Shown here piece by piece: positions 49,701-63,472 of a stretch of 64,000 nt of DNA. Both the position numbers and the translations under genes were made by a program. The DNA lies in assembly GCF_964204645.1 (NCBI RefSeq), contig NC_134026.1, forward strand, positions 21,238,150 through 21,302,149. Reading direction: 5' to 3'. How positions within the stretch are numbered: position 1 is the first letter of the stretch; every line of letters starts with the position of its first letter. Under the pieces are notes generated by a model. That model was not told the origin of the DNA and made no database searches. It worked only from the letters and a program-made list of their open reading frames with translations. The DNA comes from Tubulanus polymorphus. Its lineage: Eukaryota; Animalia; Nemertea.

Positions 49701-52700
49701 AATCTCATGTGAACTCAACTATTGCTATTAAATACAAGTCATAGGCAATGTTTTCCTGAAATCAGTGGAGTTTTTTGTCAGACACAATTCAGTGCACTAA
49801 TTAAAAACCAATAAATGACTGATATAGCGCGTATTGGTTATTAGATTACCCGCTGTTGAAGTGGCCCGTCTTAAAATGGTTTCATATCGATGTCTGCGCA
49901 TGAGAGGCTACGTGGGCATGCAAGTAGCAGCAATCCACAGAAGAAAAAGGTGTGGGGGCCCTACCTTCCGGAGAAAATTTTGTATTCTTAGCTCACTTAG
50001 CTCACATACGCTTCAGTGGATTGTCTTGATGTTTGGTTAATGGTACGTGTATCTACCCTAGAGACATCTGCAGCACAAAAACTTGGCCCGACCAAAATTA
50101 GGATGGCCGACTTGTGGCAGTGAAGATGGTGCACCTCCTTGTAGGTTGAAGTTCCTTATATGTTGGACAATTTCTGTCGCCCGTACCATGGATGTATAAA
50201 CTAGAGTTTATAGGCTACTTCCATGGTCTTATATAGTGCTAAATCCAGCTCAGGGCGCTCAACTTTCCAGTATTATTACCCCCAGCCTATAAACTCTGAC
50301 CATTTAACAGTCATCTCTCCCAGTGGAGATGTAGCATCCAAGCAACTAATAAGCATTCAGGAGTCATTAATCTAGGAAGCCATTTACTCCTGGGTGGAGA
50401 AAGGCAATGAGATAAGTGTCTCTCCCGGGGACACTAGACGATAATGTACGGGGTTCAAACCCCGGCTTCCCAGAGTCGAACGCTCTAACCACTCGCCTAC
50501 GCCGCTCGCTGGGGTTGATTAAGTTTACTAATTTTACCTTATTACTAAAGCTTATTACTGGCCAGCAATCATGCAACACGCTGCGACAGAAAATGTCAAT
50601 TAAAAGCAGTCGTTTACCACTACCAAAGCCTTCATCATCTAATTATCATTACGTGGGATGTGATTAATTGACAAGGCCGTTAAAGGAAGGGCGCACGAGC
50701 GTATTTTTTTGTGCAATCGCAGCGAATTCATAAATCGCACGAAGAAGTTGGCCATGTACCCGTATCAAATCGACTGCAAATTCGCTCGTCTCACCGCACT
50801 CAGCGTATTCCGTCGAGCAATCGATTTTTATCGACCAATAGGACGCATTGTTGATATCACATGATTTGTGAACCATCGCCCATTAAGCGGCGTATGCCGT
50901 CTGAACGTCGACTTGTATGTGAGGTGTGCCCGCTCGTATCGGGCAAATTCGATTATCAATTTCGGGTGAAAAACATACGCCCGTGTGCCTTTTAACTTTG
51001 CTCGCCGTATTCACCGTCTTTAAAGAGGTCTTGTCCTGTGCGGTTAGTTCAGTTGGTTGAGTGGAGGACTGGGAACCAAGAGATCCCTAGTTCGAGATCA
51101 CTTCGTGGCGTTCGTTGTAGAGACTAAGCTCTGCTAACTTAGTCGGGTTGTGAGCCATAACACCTATAAAAAGGCCCTGGTCCACTAACGTTACACTGTT
51201 ACTTGCAGTTGGGACTAAAAACTCTTCTAAACTATAGCTTCTAGCTTTAATGATAATAATAATAGTTTGTCCAAAGGATAGGCTCGTCTTCTAGCAGATG
51301 GTATTTAGCTTCTAGGGGGGATGAGATAGATGAGTTGTAACAATCCTAGCTGATTAAATGAGCCTGCAGGTGAAATCATGTCTATTATACCAGAGCCCTG
51401 ACAGCCTTGTAACACTCGCACTTAATCGATGTTATGTTTAGTGTAGCCGGTAGAGTCTATTTGCTTTTATGCTTTGAAAATGTTGTCGCAAAAAAAATCT
51501 CTGCTTTCGGCATGAAAAATTCAGCATTTCGTTGCCCGCTTTCGACATATATATGGCATACTTGATAGCGCGTGAGAGATTCGGATAGGCTACCAAGGTA
51601 ACAACGGATATTTATGTGATACCTTCTGACTTAATTACACCTCCGGTACATTAATTATGTATATATACTCATCAGTATCAGTACCAACTGCCTGTGTAAT
51701 GCATACGAGACCGATCAGGCGAAATTTCTACCACAAAAATTCGACGGCGAAATTCGTGATAGTTAATTTATGGTTTCGAATTTTTGCTATGTTTTTCGAT
51801 TACTGCGTAATGGTAGTTGATACCCTACGTATTCTTAAATGATGATTTTCCATTAGCGGGATTGTTGATACATTAGAGGTAAAAATTTGAAATTAGAAAA
51901 TTGGACGATTCGGCACAGTTGCTACAAACAGTGTTCCCTTAATAAGAAAGCTAGGGGTGGATTTAAGGGGTGGTCTCGGGGGGAGGGGGTCTGGACACCT
52001 GCCTACTATTCAGGTGGCTTTTTTCATCGGATAGTTAAAACCAGCAAGTTTAAAGTCATCCTCTCGCAATGTGTGTCTGTTCTGATGTATTTCTTCGAAA
52101 ACATCTTACCACCGAGGGTGGCACCCTGCTCGTGGCATTCGACTTGGCTGCCTAATCCGAGATTTACCTTTTCTTTTCTCCTGGACCCGGCCTTCCAATT
52201 TACCTATAGATCCTGAAGTTCAAGATAATCTGATTGAGTTTGGGCTTCATTGGAGCATGGACGTATCTAGTTTATACGTCCATGATTGGAGCACCGAGGA
52301 CTGCTCATATCTTAAGCCAAACACAGCAACGTTTAAACAAGATTCACTTTTTTTCGGGACCACGCGCAATGCTCTATTACTTGAAATACTGTTTCCTGAA
52401 GGACGATTTTTCTCTAAAAAAAGGTGTTCATGTTCCCTAGCAACATACACACTGTCTAACACATACATTTAAAACTAGTGAAAAATGGTTTTTAATTTTC
52501 ACTTTTCGTGTAATTTGCACTGTGTGCGCTAGGTCTAAACCAGTTTATTGGGCATGTTGGACCTATCACAATTGTTGTTTGGAAACCACAATAAAAATCA
52601 ATTTTTCAGGATTCTTTTTGATATTTTTTTTTCCAAAATTTATCCATATACGTATACATCAGCTGATATACACGTAAATAAATGATTTTTTTCGTAAATT

Positions 52701-55700
52701 TTTTTCTAGGAAAAGGACAAAGACAAAACGGGGAATCGGTTGCACGCGATCGCCGACTTCTTCCAGAATCTGACGACGCCGAACAGCCGGCGAGCGCGAT
52801 CCAGCGGCTCGTACAGCGACGGCTACCGCTCGAACCAGTCGAGCCCGCACAACACAGAGCTGCCGCCGATTCGTAGAGATGGGGGCGGCGGTAAAAATCA
52901 AAATCACGTTCGGATCAGTCAGTGTTCGTCGCCGGCCGTGCAGAATAATATCATACAGGAACATATGGCGAAACGAAAGAAAAGCAGCCACGAATTCAGG
53001 TAGATTGTTTTCGCGGAATTATTACCTACCACCCCTGAGCGATTCCTGTTGAAATAACCTTGGAGAAGTCAAATGATTATAGATAATAAAAAATGAGCGA
53101 AACTAAATTTTTTCACTCAGCTTCATTCGCTATGGGCCTGCTGTCACAAGAAATCGATACAAACTCTGCTAGATGCTAGTTCTATTTTTTCGATATTCAA
53201 TTTTTTCGATAACGAATGACTTTTTTTTCAATTTTTCCAATGACGAGTTATTCTTTCTCGGATATTTCCGTCATATTTTATTCATTTTTTTAGAGTCAAC
53301 GTCAGAGACGCGAAGGATTCCGGAATCTGGAAAGACGTACAGGAATTTTACGCGTCGACATTCGATTCATTCCAGGATTTGAACAACACGTTCAAAGTAC
53401 GGTTCGCGTAGATTCTATCCAAAGAATTCGATTCGTATAAGCCGCGATCACACAAGCATTTTTGGGCCAAATTCGGCACGGGTGCCAAATGGGCCCTAGC
53501 CTGTTTGGCCCGACCAAAAACGTTGGACCAGGCCCAAGCCAAATTTTAGCACCAGACAAATGATTGTGTTTAAATTGCAACTGGCACCGGAAATGATCCA
53601 CTCAGCTTTGTTTGAGCATTGTTTAGTATCGTGTGAATGGTTTGCGTGTGAACGCACTCTCTAATTAGGCACGGGCCAAATTTTACCCGAGCCTGATCCG
53701 TGCCAATTTGGCCCGGGCCAAATCGTGTCCGTGTGATCGCGGCTATAGATTCTGTTTAGATACGTGTTGTACCGATGGCCTCGACAGTTTGGCTAAATTA
53801 TTCCAATACTGTATCTAGCGGTTGCCTGACGCATTGTATAGTAATATACATTATCACAGGGGTTATTGATCAGTCAGATCAACCATTATATTTACCGATG
53901 TACATTGAACAAAGATGTTGATGAAACATTCATTAACATTAATATTGATCTTATCCCACTAATTAACCGTGTTGCGAGTAAGTTAGCTCATTTCAAGTGG
54001 TCGGGGACAATTAACTGTTGTTTCTCAGTATTATCCGCAAATGAGTCCTCATTAAAAGAAAAATTTATTTTTTACCATGCGTTAACAATTTTTGTTCAGT
54101 GAGAAACTCTGTAGGCTTCCGGTCTGTGTAAGGCCTACATACTTACGCTAAGCTCGGGTTAACTTACGACCCGACCATCTTGTCGGATCGGTAATCAGTG
54201 GTCACATGTGTACTACCGCTGTTCTGGTGACGATTTAGCCAGGTCGTTAGTTGACTTGAGCTTAGCTTTAAACTCTTCTACAAATCATCGATATTTTCAA
54301 AAGCTTCTTATCTCATATCATCTCGGCGGCGAAAAAGTAATGGATTGGCTACCAACTGTACGAAAGAGGTTAATTCTGGTGGCAATTGACATTTCATACG
54401 TTCGGATTCCTTGAAGCCACAGAAGTCATTGACATTTCCTAATTAGTAGTCATAGTTGTGGCTGCCATGACATTTTGCATCTTTCAAATCAGGTTAATTG
54501 ATTTGATTCAGTCATTAATTCAGAATTGCAACGAATTTACTGCTCTAAAAAGTACATTCAATGAGGAACTTTTTGTCGAACATATTGACATTTTGCCATT
54601 CATTTGGTGAAAAATTGACAAAATCACCAGTGATGAAACAATTGCGCTTTAGGCCTACTATTTCAAGCCCACTTTGTGACTGCAGGCTATTGCGTTCACT
54701 TTTTATCAGTCCGTCCATCTGTCTGGAGACATAATAGTTTCTCTGAGAAGATCTCAACACGTTTTAATGGTTGGTCTTGATATTTGGTGTACATACGTTT
54801 CTACCATAGACGCATCTACAACCCAAAAAATTGGCCCGATCAAAATCAAGATGGTGAACTTTTTGCGCATTTTATAAGTTTTCATGGAGAACTTTCAAGG
54901 TGCTTTGACCTGAGCCAAATTGTCTCCATGTGATCGTGGCTTAGGTCTGAAAGCTAGCGGGTATTAACAGAAATCTGAAAATTGGGGGCCTAATAGCAGA
55001 TTTAATGAAGAAATTGGGAAATACTCAATATTAAAAACAGTGATTTATCCAGCTTTGTATCGTTAGGGAGAGGGAGGAGGAACATACAGAAAAACGTCGA
55101 CGTTTGATAACACATTAGTGCTGCTATTCTGCTGTAGAGTGTGTGATTGATAGATTCTCAGAGTTAATCACTTTTATTTGATATCAAATATAAAAAAGCA
55201 CTCAAAACGTATTGCGACACATCGCCGGTATTTATGACTGCAAATCCTGTCGAGCATACAATGCGAGAGTCTGTTAGATGAAATTTCGACGTAGGCTGGA
55301 AATTTTATTATGCCATGCTTTTTTCCTGCGCTAGTTTTTCTCGCAAAAAAAATATACAGTGATATTTAGCTTGGTTTGCAAGTGTAATTTATGACTGAAA
55401 ATGCTTCCTGCAATCGATCGGAAAAAATGTGGCCGAACTTTTTGTGCGTAAAAATGTCGTTTTTGGCCTGAATTCTGAACCTTTAGCTTATTAATGATTT
55501 GTCATTATTCATTGAAATTAGTGATGGGAATACTTAAGGTAAGGATCTTTAACATATCAGGGAAAACCAACGCCTGATACAATTAGTTCCTATTCTTACC
55601 ACAAGTCGGTTTAAATCTTTGAATACTCAGTTTTTCATTCGCAATTTAGTAGTTTTTATAACATTAATAAAAAAACTTGGTATATGGGTGCAATATGCCC

Positions 55701-58700
55701 TTTGTGACTAAGTTTGGTACATCATTACTATTAGTAGCCCACATAGATCAGCATACCTAGCCTATATGTGTTGACCCCGAGTTGGTGCTTTACAAAATAA
55801 CGGTATATGTAGAATTGATCGACTGATTGCGAATAAACTTGCTTCATAATGCAGGCATTTTGAGATCAGCAAGGCAGAAAACCTGCCATCGCTGCTTTGC
55901 AGCTATATTTTCAATAGATAATTTCAGTTAATCTGAACATATGCATGGACTCTCTCCTCCAAACCTCCAGAACCTCACTTGCCATAACTGAATCCTTTAT
56001 TGCCAGTACCTGTTTGCAGACCAATATGGAAAGGGTTTTATAAATCATTGAATGTGCGCTTATTTCATACAGGATCAGGGCTTATATCTCTGATATTTTC
56101 TGATAATTTCAGCGCGATGGAGCTGAGTGTAAAACGACCGATGATCCTTGCGTCAATTTTGAGCTGTTATTCACGATTTATGATCTACTTTCTGACGTGG
56201 TAAGATTCTATCTCCCTTTCTCTCTATATTTCGCGCCGCTGATTAATGCTTATGATTTGTTTTCCGTCATGCTGTGTACAAAATCGATTTTCAATTTCAC
56301 CTCTGTCTCGACAGCCACAAGACATTCAAAAACTAGTCCTGAAGTCAGTTATAAACAGTCTGTTGAAGGACAAAAGGTAAGATACCCCAGATTAACATTC
56401 ATTTCTACAGTACTCAAAGTTTGGCTCTGGTTGATAATGATATGATAATAATGATTTAGTTTCGACAATTGTGTAGCTAGCACCTACTAAGGATTAAAGT
56501 TTCCATTATCAACTTCATTGATAAAATTTGGTTCAATTAAGATTCAATTGAAATGTAGAAGAAATTGAATGCAAACAAACAACTGTGTAACTGTACTAAT
56601 GTGTGCCTTGGTTTATGTAATGAAGCCCAGCAGGGAAGCGGTTCTACCGTGTTACGAACCTGTCAACTACATCGCTTAATTACTTGCTTATGATGGCGAG
56701 AATTATTAGATCACAATGGTTGTCATATTCTACGGTAACTCGTTATCAAACCTCACTGCGCTTGCCCAGTAACCATTTGAGTTCGTAATTTGATGCAGTT
56801 CTATGTTCGGATTTTCGGAGAAACAATTTGGGCAATTTAAAATGATTCCATTTCACAGGTTTGATCCAATTCTATTCTTCATTGAATAATATTTTTCACA
56901 TATTTCTTAATTTTTAGACCTCATACCAAAGATGATCTTCGAGCCTATCTTATTCTACTACAGGTAAGGGTTAAGGTGTTCTTCAATGACTGAGAACTAG
57001 TTTTGCGGTTAAGGTATCCATACTACAGCGCCCAGTATCACTAGTGATCACACCGAGATGATTTGGCCGAGGCCAAATTGGCACGGATCAAATTTGGCTC
57101 GTGCGTGACAAGATAGCGCGTTTACACGTAAACCACTCACTCAATTACGTCAATTTGACCCTTGCTTAAATTTGGTTCTAGTCTGGTGCGACGTTTTTGG
57201 CCAAATTTGGCACAGTTCTATTTTGGCCCCTATGTGAACGGGCTATAAATGCTCGTGTGATCGCAGCTATTGTCAATGTCATTTGTTTGAAGCGTTATTG
57301 ATGTACGTTTATTTTGTAAAATACCACTTCTTTTGACATCATCGTTACAGAATCCTTTGTTTTCCAATATGGCAACTTATGTGATATTTGCTCATCTGCT
57401 TCGTCAAATGGCAGCATTGACTGACCATGATCATCATTTCCTCGTGCACTGGTTGCGAAAGTAAGTCAGAAACATTTCGTCCCGTTCTCGTCGTCGCGTT
57501 TACGAAACAAAATTACGATCAGGCAAAATATCATCAATCTTCGTGATATTCAATTATTTCAACGATATCGATATTGAAATAAACGTAAGATGTTTAATCT
57601 CCTGTTTATGAGTGTGTTCCAACTGATTATCATTGGGGTTATCTTAGTACAAAAGCATTTGTTTCTTTTTTTATTGCACGGTCAATGATAAAAGCCAGAT
57701 CATTCAACTTCTAGGACAAAGCCTTATAAAACTGCTTAACTCGACATAAGCTCTTTTTTTCAAAACTCTGATGCAGTGTAATGCCTATTTCAAATCTTGA
57801 GAAGACATGGGGTGGCCTAGTCAGTTTTGGTAACGCATACCAAATATATGTCTTTATACGACCAGAATGGACCAGCAGTTGAACTAAAACTTAGAAATAG
57901 TTTTGCTGCTAGTTTTGGCCACAGTTGAGTTTGCGAAACCCATACTTCATCGTGACCACACCTTAGGTTTTTACTTGTGATCTACTGGTTCTTTCTTAAA
58001 TAGACAGTTATCTGACCGGTATTCATTTTCTCACGCAGGTTAGAGGTCGATAGGTTTCGTAACTTGGTGCAACGACTGCATAACTTCATTTCATGTCGTT
58101 TATTCCCTCCAAAACCAAAAGATCTCCCTCCAATGTCGAAATGCACCTGGTGGATACCGAGCGCAACTAAAGTAATGGCTTTATTGAGTAAGTCCGAAAA
58201 TCTGACGTTACACAAGGCAGCCAATATTAAAATCATTAAAATTGATTAATGAAAAATCAACCTGTACTATGGTAAATCCCTATATAAGAAATATTCTATG
58301 ATGATAAATTTACTTCGTATCAAGTAAACAATGCACTTTATTGCTATGATTATAATTATTTTCCATATTTGGCCCATAATTCTTAGATGAAACATTCATT
58401 GATACAAATACCAGTTACCGTAATGGGACTAAGTAAAATCAATCTATCCATGTGGTTGAATGAAAACATAAGTTTGAAGATCTATTCTAAACTGATCATA
58501 ATTCTCAAAGCTTTTCAAACCATTTTGTAAAACATTCCAAAGTTTGAACTTTTCTCAGTCGCGAATACAGAATTTTACATCAGACTGGTGGCATTCATTT
58601 ATTTATTTGTTTAACAGAAAATATTTGAAAAATTAGCTTAGCTTAATTTTGGTGCATTGCATCAGCGTCTCAATTTCAGAGATCAGTCTAATTCTATAAG

Positions 58701-61700
58701 TCTAATTCCGTTTCAGATGCTGCAAATAACTTATCGAATGAACCAATTATTTCTCATATGGAATTCTATAATAATACTCTGGATCACCTCGACTTGATGG
58801 CTGAGTATTACGCTTGGCAAAATCCTGCCACTCATCCTGGGTAAGTTTAACAGTTTTTAGTGCACCGACAGACAAAGTCAGTGGAGTTAAGTAAAATAGG
58901 ACACTGTTATCAGTAACTCTTGTTAGGACCAGTTTTGGCTTTAAGGATTGTTATAGGAATCAAAATTAGAGGTCAAAAGCTTGGATCTTAAAACCGATCT
59001 TCACTTGCTAGATCGGTATTAAAAACCAATTAGATTTCAATTGGTGCCCATACCCAGTCTATAAACTGAACTGTACAATTTTATTAACAGAACAAAGTTT
59101 TAGATTTAAGAAATATTGTTTTGAATGATGCACGGTCTACAGAACGAGGCCTGTAGCCATGTATGGGCAGGGTCCAGTTGCTGAAAGGTTGGTTGAAGCA
59201 CCACCATGATATCCAGTGGAAAACTGACATGATGACAGTAAACACCGTACTGGTATTTATCTAAAGGTTAACTTTAACCAATCTTTGAGGAACTGACCTC
59301 GTATGGTTCTTCATGTAAAAAGGGAAAATTTTATTGGTTTTAAGTTAGGTTGAACTTTCAAATATCAAACCTCTTATGCGAAAACTACATTTACCAGTAT
59401 TATTAAGTGAAAAGTAATTGTGTCGTGTCGTATCGAGTCAAGTTATTTTATTACTGATATAAATGACGTTACACCGCAGTGAGTTTCACGTTGTTGCACA
59501 TTGTAGCTTCACGTTCTGCCAGTACCCATTCATCTTGAGCATAACGGCCAAACGAACGATACTGCAACGTGATTCCGAACAGCAAATGATCATTATGGCG
59601 CGGGTAAGTGTACCGGTTATCGAAACAGGATATTGAATCACAAAACATTGCCAACCGACTTGCGCGCACGGAAGTAAATTGATTTTCGGTGCCTGACAAC
59701 CCCGATAGATGTCAACCGTACTCGGAGTAAATATAAACGGGAATGAATACATTATTCATGAAGCGACGCACGTTTGTTTGTCTCTCCGTAATCAATGAAA
59801 GTTGCGACAGTCACTATAGCCGCGTTCACATGATAACTAGTTAGACCGGTCTAAATGGGTCCGTACCTGGTCCGGTCCAAATTTAGACTGGACCAAATTT
59901 TGGTGAGTGTTCACACGACGTTTTGACACGCGGTAATAAAATCGCTTGTCATCGGGCCCACAAGATGTCGCCATCTGTTAAATAATTAATTGCGCCAGGA
60001 TGGAAGTCTTGCTTCCAGATTCGAAGTAGAGCAAGACGTTCTTCATTTGACCAATTCGATCCTCTGTCAGGTTTAGATATTTTTGGCAATTCGATTTTAT
60101 CCTATCACGCCGAAACTCTATGTCGTTTAAACACGGTTCAAAGCACGGCAGTAAAACGGATGATGATCGCGATATACAAATACGAATTACGCTCTAAACG
60201 TTTCCATAGAATAGGGAGGAAAAACAGTACTTAAAAATAATTACATAAACGGTAATAAAAGCATTTAAAACTTAATAAACTGGACTCACACTCTACCTTG
60301 GTCCGGTCTTAATTGGACCAGACCAAATTTAGACCGGTCTAAATTTCGTCGTGTGAACGCGCCTTATGGCTCCAATTATCTGAACATTTACGTGTTCTTA
60401 CTCTTGTCACTTTGAGTCTTACCTGCACCATGGTTTAGCTGCCTGGCTCCTACAAAATCTGGACGTATCGGCCCCACTCCGCGCGGTGGCGCCACCCCGC
60501 CGGATTTAGGCGAAGCAGCAGAACACAAACACGGCCATTCTCTCAATTTTCAATGATAGAAATCGTGTGTGTATTTCAATTATTTCGGCTGTTAGGGTTT
60601 TAAGGCACAATATAAGTTGATGATGTGATATGGCGATGTTAATTAATGATAATTCCGCAGTGAAGCTAGTCACGCAATTCGATTTTATCCTATCACGCCG
60701 AAACTCTATGTCGTTTAAACACGGTTCAAAGCACGGCAGTAAAACGGATGATGATCGCGATATACAAATACGAATTACGCTCTAAACGTTTCCATAGAAT
60801 AGGGAGGAAAAACAGTACTTAAAAATAATTACATAAACGGTAATAAAAGCATTTAAAACTTAATAAACTGGACTCACACTCTACCTTGGTCCGGTCTTAA
60901 TTGGACCAGACCAAATTTAGACCGGTCTAAATTTCGTCGTGTGAACACGCCTTATGGCTCCAATTATCTGAACATTTACGTGTTCTTACTCTTGTCACTT
61001 TGAGTCTTACCTGCACCATGGTTTAGCTGCCTGGCTCCTACAAAATCTGGACGTATCGGCCCCACTCCGCGCGGTGGCGCCACCCCGCGGGATTTAGGCG
61101 AAGCAGCATTACACAAACACGGCCATTCTCTCAATTTTCAATGATAGAAATCGTGTGTGTATTTCAATTATTTCGGCTGTTAGGGTTTTAAGGCACAATA
61201 TAAGTTGATGATGTGATATGGCGATGTTAATTAATGATAATTCCGCAGTGAAGCTAGTCACGAACGGTGCCGATTGAGTGTACAGCTGCCAAAAACACTG
61301 AAATGTACGTAGTTGCGTAACTATTTGCAGTGAATTGCAGACGAAACATGAAGCCTTAACGGCCGTTTAAAAAAAAATTATACCAATCGCAATTGTAAAA
61401 TAAAAATGAGATAGAACCTAAGTTAAAATTCTGGCCATTTCTAAAATGTTATTGATTATTATTACTAATTTTTAGTCAGTGCGGAACGTTTAGTTTTCCA
61501 ACAATAATGAGGGGTGGTAGGTAGTCATGCAATTCAAGTCATCATTTATTACACGTTACTTCCATGTTGTTGAAAATCTCGCGAGTCCTGGACTAAACCC
61601 CAATGAACAGTGTGATCTGTGTGCTGGCCACCAAAATGCACACAGATCACACTACACTACCCATTACACACTCCAGTACCCACAGCTTTCATATATCCAT

Positions 61701-63472
61701 CCAAATATTTAGTGGCTTTCTTCCTGGATCGCTGTATCGGCCTACAGGAGGGTGATTTATGGATGCATTTGATGGATTGCTAAGCCAATGGGCTTCCGAT
61801 ATGTAATCTTTTTTGGAAAAAAATATATTAGATGGCAAACAGAAGTGGGCATGTCCTACAATTGTGTATTGCGATTTGGAAATCTTACATTCATACGCTA
61901 CTCGCGCCCATTTCTCTAAAGTTGGTTTAAAGTTCTACACAGAGGGGTGACGATGACCGGGAGAGGGTTTATAGACCAGATCACCTAAACGTGTGCATAC
62001 ATACGCCCTATATGCACGTGGAAAGATTTTTCCGTAGAGCATCAAAGACATCGAAATGGTACTTTTATATGCCCCTGCTCCCCCCCCCAAATATGGTATA
62101 AAGAATAATGAAAGCTATGAGTTGTTCTTAATTCAAATGGAGATAAACTATACCTCATTTTATTGCAGAGAAGCCTGGTGGCGAAAGTACAGAGGCGGCA
62201 ATTGCCAGATATTGGCATGTTGTTTCTAAACTTGAATGTTCGCAGGTCGCACCTAGTGTCGGATTCGTTAAATGAGGTTTGTACGTGATATCAACAATTC
62301 CTGGTTAACACCCTGATCTTTGTTTGCCGTATAGTTACTCTGTCATTTAGCAAAAAGAATACATCATCATTAGAACACACTGCCAAGTTTTGTCCATTGA
62401 TTCCATATTATTTATGAGTTCTATCGATGCCCCATATCTATGAAAGCGGTTTGAGGAAAAAAATTCCAATTCAACATGTGAAACAATACATAGCTCAGAT
62501 TTAAGTAGATTTCTGAGTGTTTCCCAGCCCTATATGTGCCCAATATGTAGTTCGTTGAAATTTAGTATTGGGTTCATTAATGTTTATGTGCTTAAAACCC
62601 ACAGGTAGCTCGTAAACAACATGACTTGAAAAAGAAACTGAAAGTGACATTTTCTGGAGAACCAGGTCTCGATATGGGAGGCCTAACGAAAGAATGGTTT
62701 CTGCTGCTAATCAGGCAAATCTTTCAGCCAGAATATGGTAAACTCTGCTGCCAGTGAATATTTGCACGGGCGGATCCACAGACTAGATATGAGGGTCTTA
62801 CAACATCTTCTTAGGGCAAATCGATTAGGATAAGGCAATCTGGCAGTGGCAGAAAAGCAGAATTTTGCTAGAAATTCTAGAAGAATGAAATTATTCTGGT
62901 CAAAAGGTCACTGCCAGAATGCCCTTTACTCAAAATTGTTTGCATTTTTACACAAGTCAGGATTTGCCCTTAATTTGGTAACCGAATTGTAGAAATGGCT
63001 TACTTCATGTTTACTTTCTTCTTTTCAGGCATGTTTACATATGATCCAAAAGCTAGGTCTTACTGGTTCAGCACAGCTCCCTGTGATAACTACCAGGAAT
63101 TCAACCTTGTTGGAGTTGTATCCTTTCTGTATAAGAGAATAACAAAATTTACATTCGAACAATATTAGAGTCTGAGTTTATAGTGCAAACTGAAATCTGG
63201 AAATTGCCTTCTGGAATTCTGTCAGAAAATTTTTTCCTACTTGTATGGAATGACATATAGTATGAATTCTGAGGTGAAATAGCCATTTTCTTTAACCAAA
63301 TGACTTTAAGCTGATGGGTTTAGCTGTTTATAACAGCATCAATCTAGATATACACTTCCCTCCGTGTTGTTACAAAAAACTGCTCAGTCCCGCTGTTGTG
63401 CCGTATAACAATCCGAATGCTACAGTTGGCGTCACTACGCTTAACATCGATGACCTGAAACAAGTAATGCCG
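43800..63472 (+). CDS. HECTD2: Probable E3 ubiquitin-protein ligase HECTD2 (partial; continues past window end)
   Basis: Exons 43800-44027, 52710-52999, 53294-53396, 56113-56199, 56315-56376, 56918-56963, 57351-57460, 58039-58187, 58717-58840, 59507-59603, 62169-62276, 62605-62737, 63029-63117, 63311-63472 splice in frame. Motifs TKDDLRAYLILLQNP, DHHFLVHW, KCTWWIPSATKV, FCQYPFILS, QRDSEQQMI, GLDMGGLTKEWF, LMGLAVYNSI, FPPCCYKKLL. The first two exons are less certain. Confidence 0.92.
45997..48892. repeat. 50-bp minisatellite (~58 units) in HECTD2 intron 1
   Basis: Unit TAC(A/G)CTAAATTC(G/T)AAAT(G/A)CA(G/T)TTTAGTTCGGTG(A/G)GGT(C/A)ATTTTTGTGATA. Confidence 0.97.
50228..50507 (-). mobile_element. 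tRNA-derived SINE
   Basis: Minus strand: A-box-like TAGGCGAGTGGTTAGAGC, B-box GGTTTGAACCC, central GTGTCC..GGGA.AGACACTT..CTCCACCCAGGAGTAAATGG domain, L2-like tail GCACTATATAAG. Confidence 0.7.
51038..51230 (+). mobile_element. tRNA-derived SINE (degenerate)
   Basis: A box TAGTTCAGTTGG and B box GTTCGAGATC at tRNA-like spacing, without a complete cloverleaf. Confidence 0.55.
53440..53744. mobile_element. PIF/Harbinger-like MITE with 3-bp TSD (ATA)
   Basis: ATA|AGCCGCGATCACAC ... GTGTGATCGCGGCT|ATA. Confidence 0.8.
57040..57268. mobile_element. Third copy of the GATCACAC MITE family
   Basis: GTGATCACACCGAGATGATTTGGCC ... GTGTGATCGCAGCT. Confidence 0.65.
59819..60363. mobile_element. PIF/Harbinger-like MITE
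   Basis: GCCGCGTTCACA..TTAGACCGGTCTAAA ... TTAGACCGGTCTAAA..GTGTGAACGCGCC|TTA. Confidence 0.7.
60087..61262 (+). repeat. 588-bp direct tandem duplication
   Basis: 60087-60674 repeats as 60675-61262 with about four substitutions (GAACGCG/GAACACG, CGCCGG/CGCGGG, GCAGAAC/GCATTAC). Confidence 0.95.
63118..63310 (+). other. U12-type GT-AG intron in HECTD2
   Basis: Donor GTT|GTATCCTTTC, branch TTCTTTAAC at 63288-63296, acceptor TAAG at 63310 with no polypyrimidine tract; joins LVGV|LMGLAVY in frame. Confidence 0.9.

Noticed and set aside
50440-51110. Possible tRNA genes (A/B boxes)
   Set aside because: No complete cloverleaf, and they continue into SINE-type bodies, so they are called SINEs.
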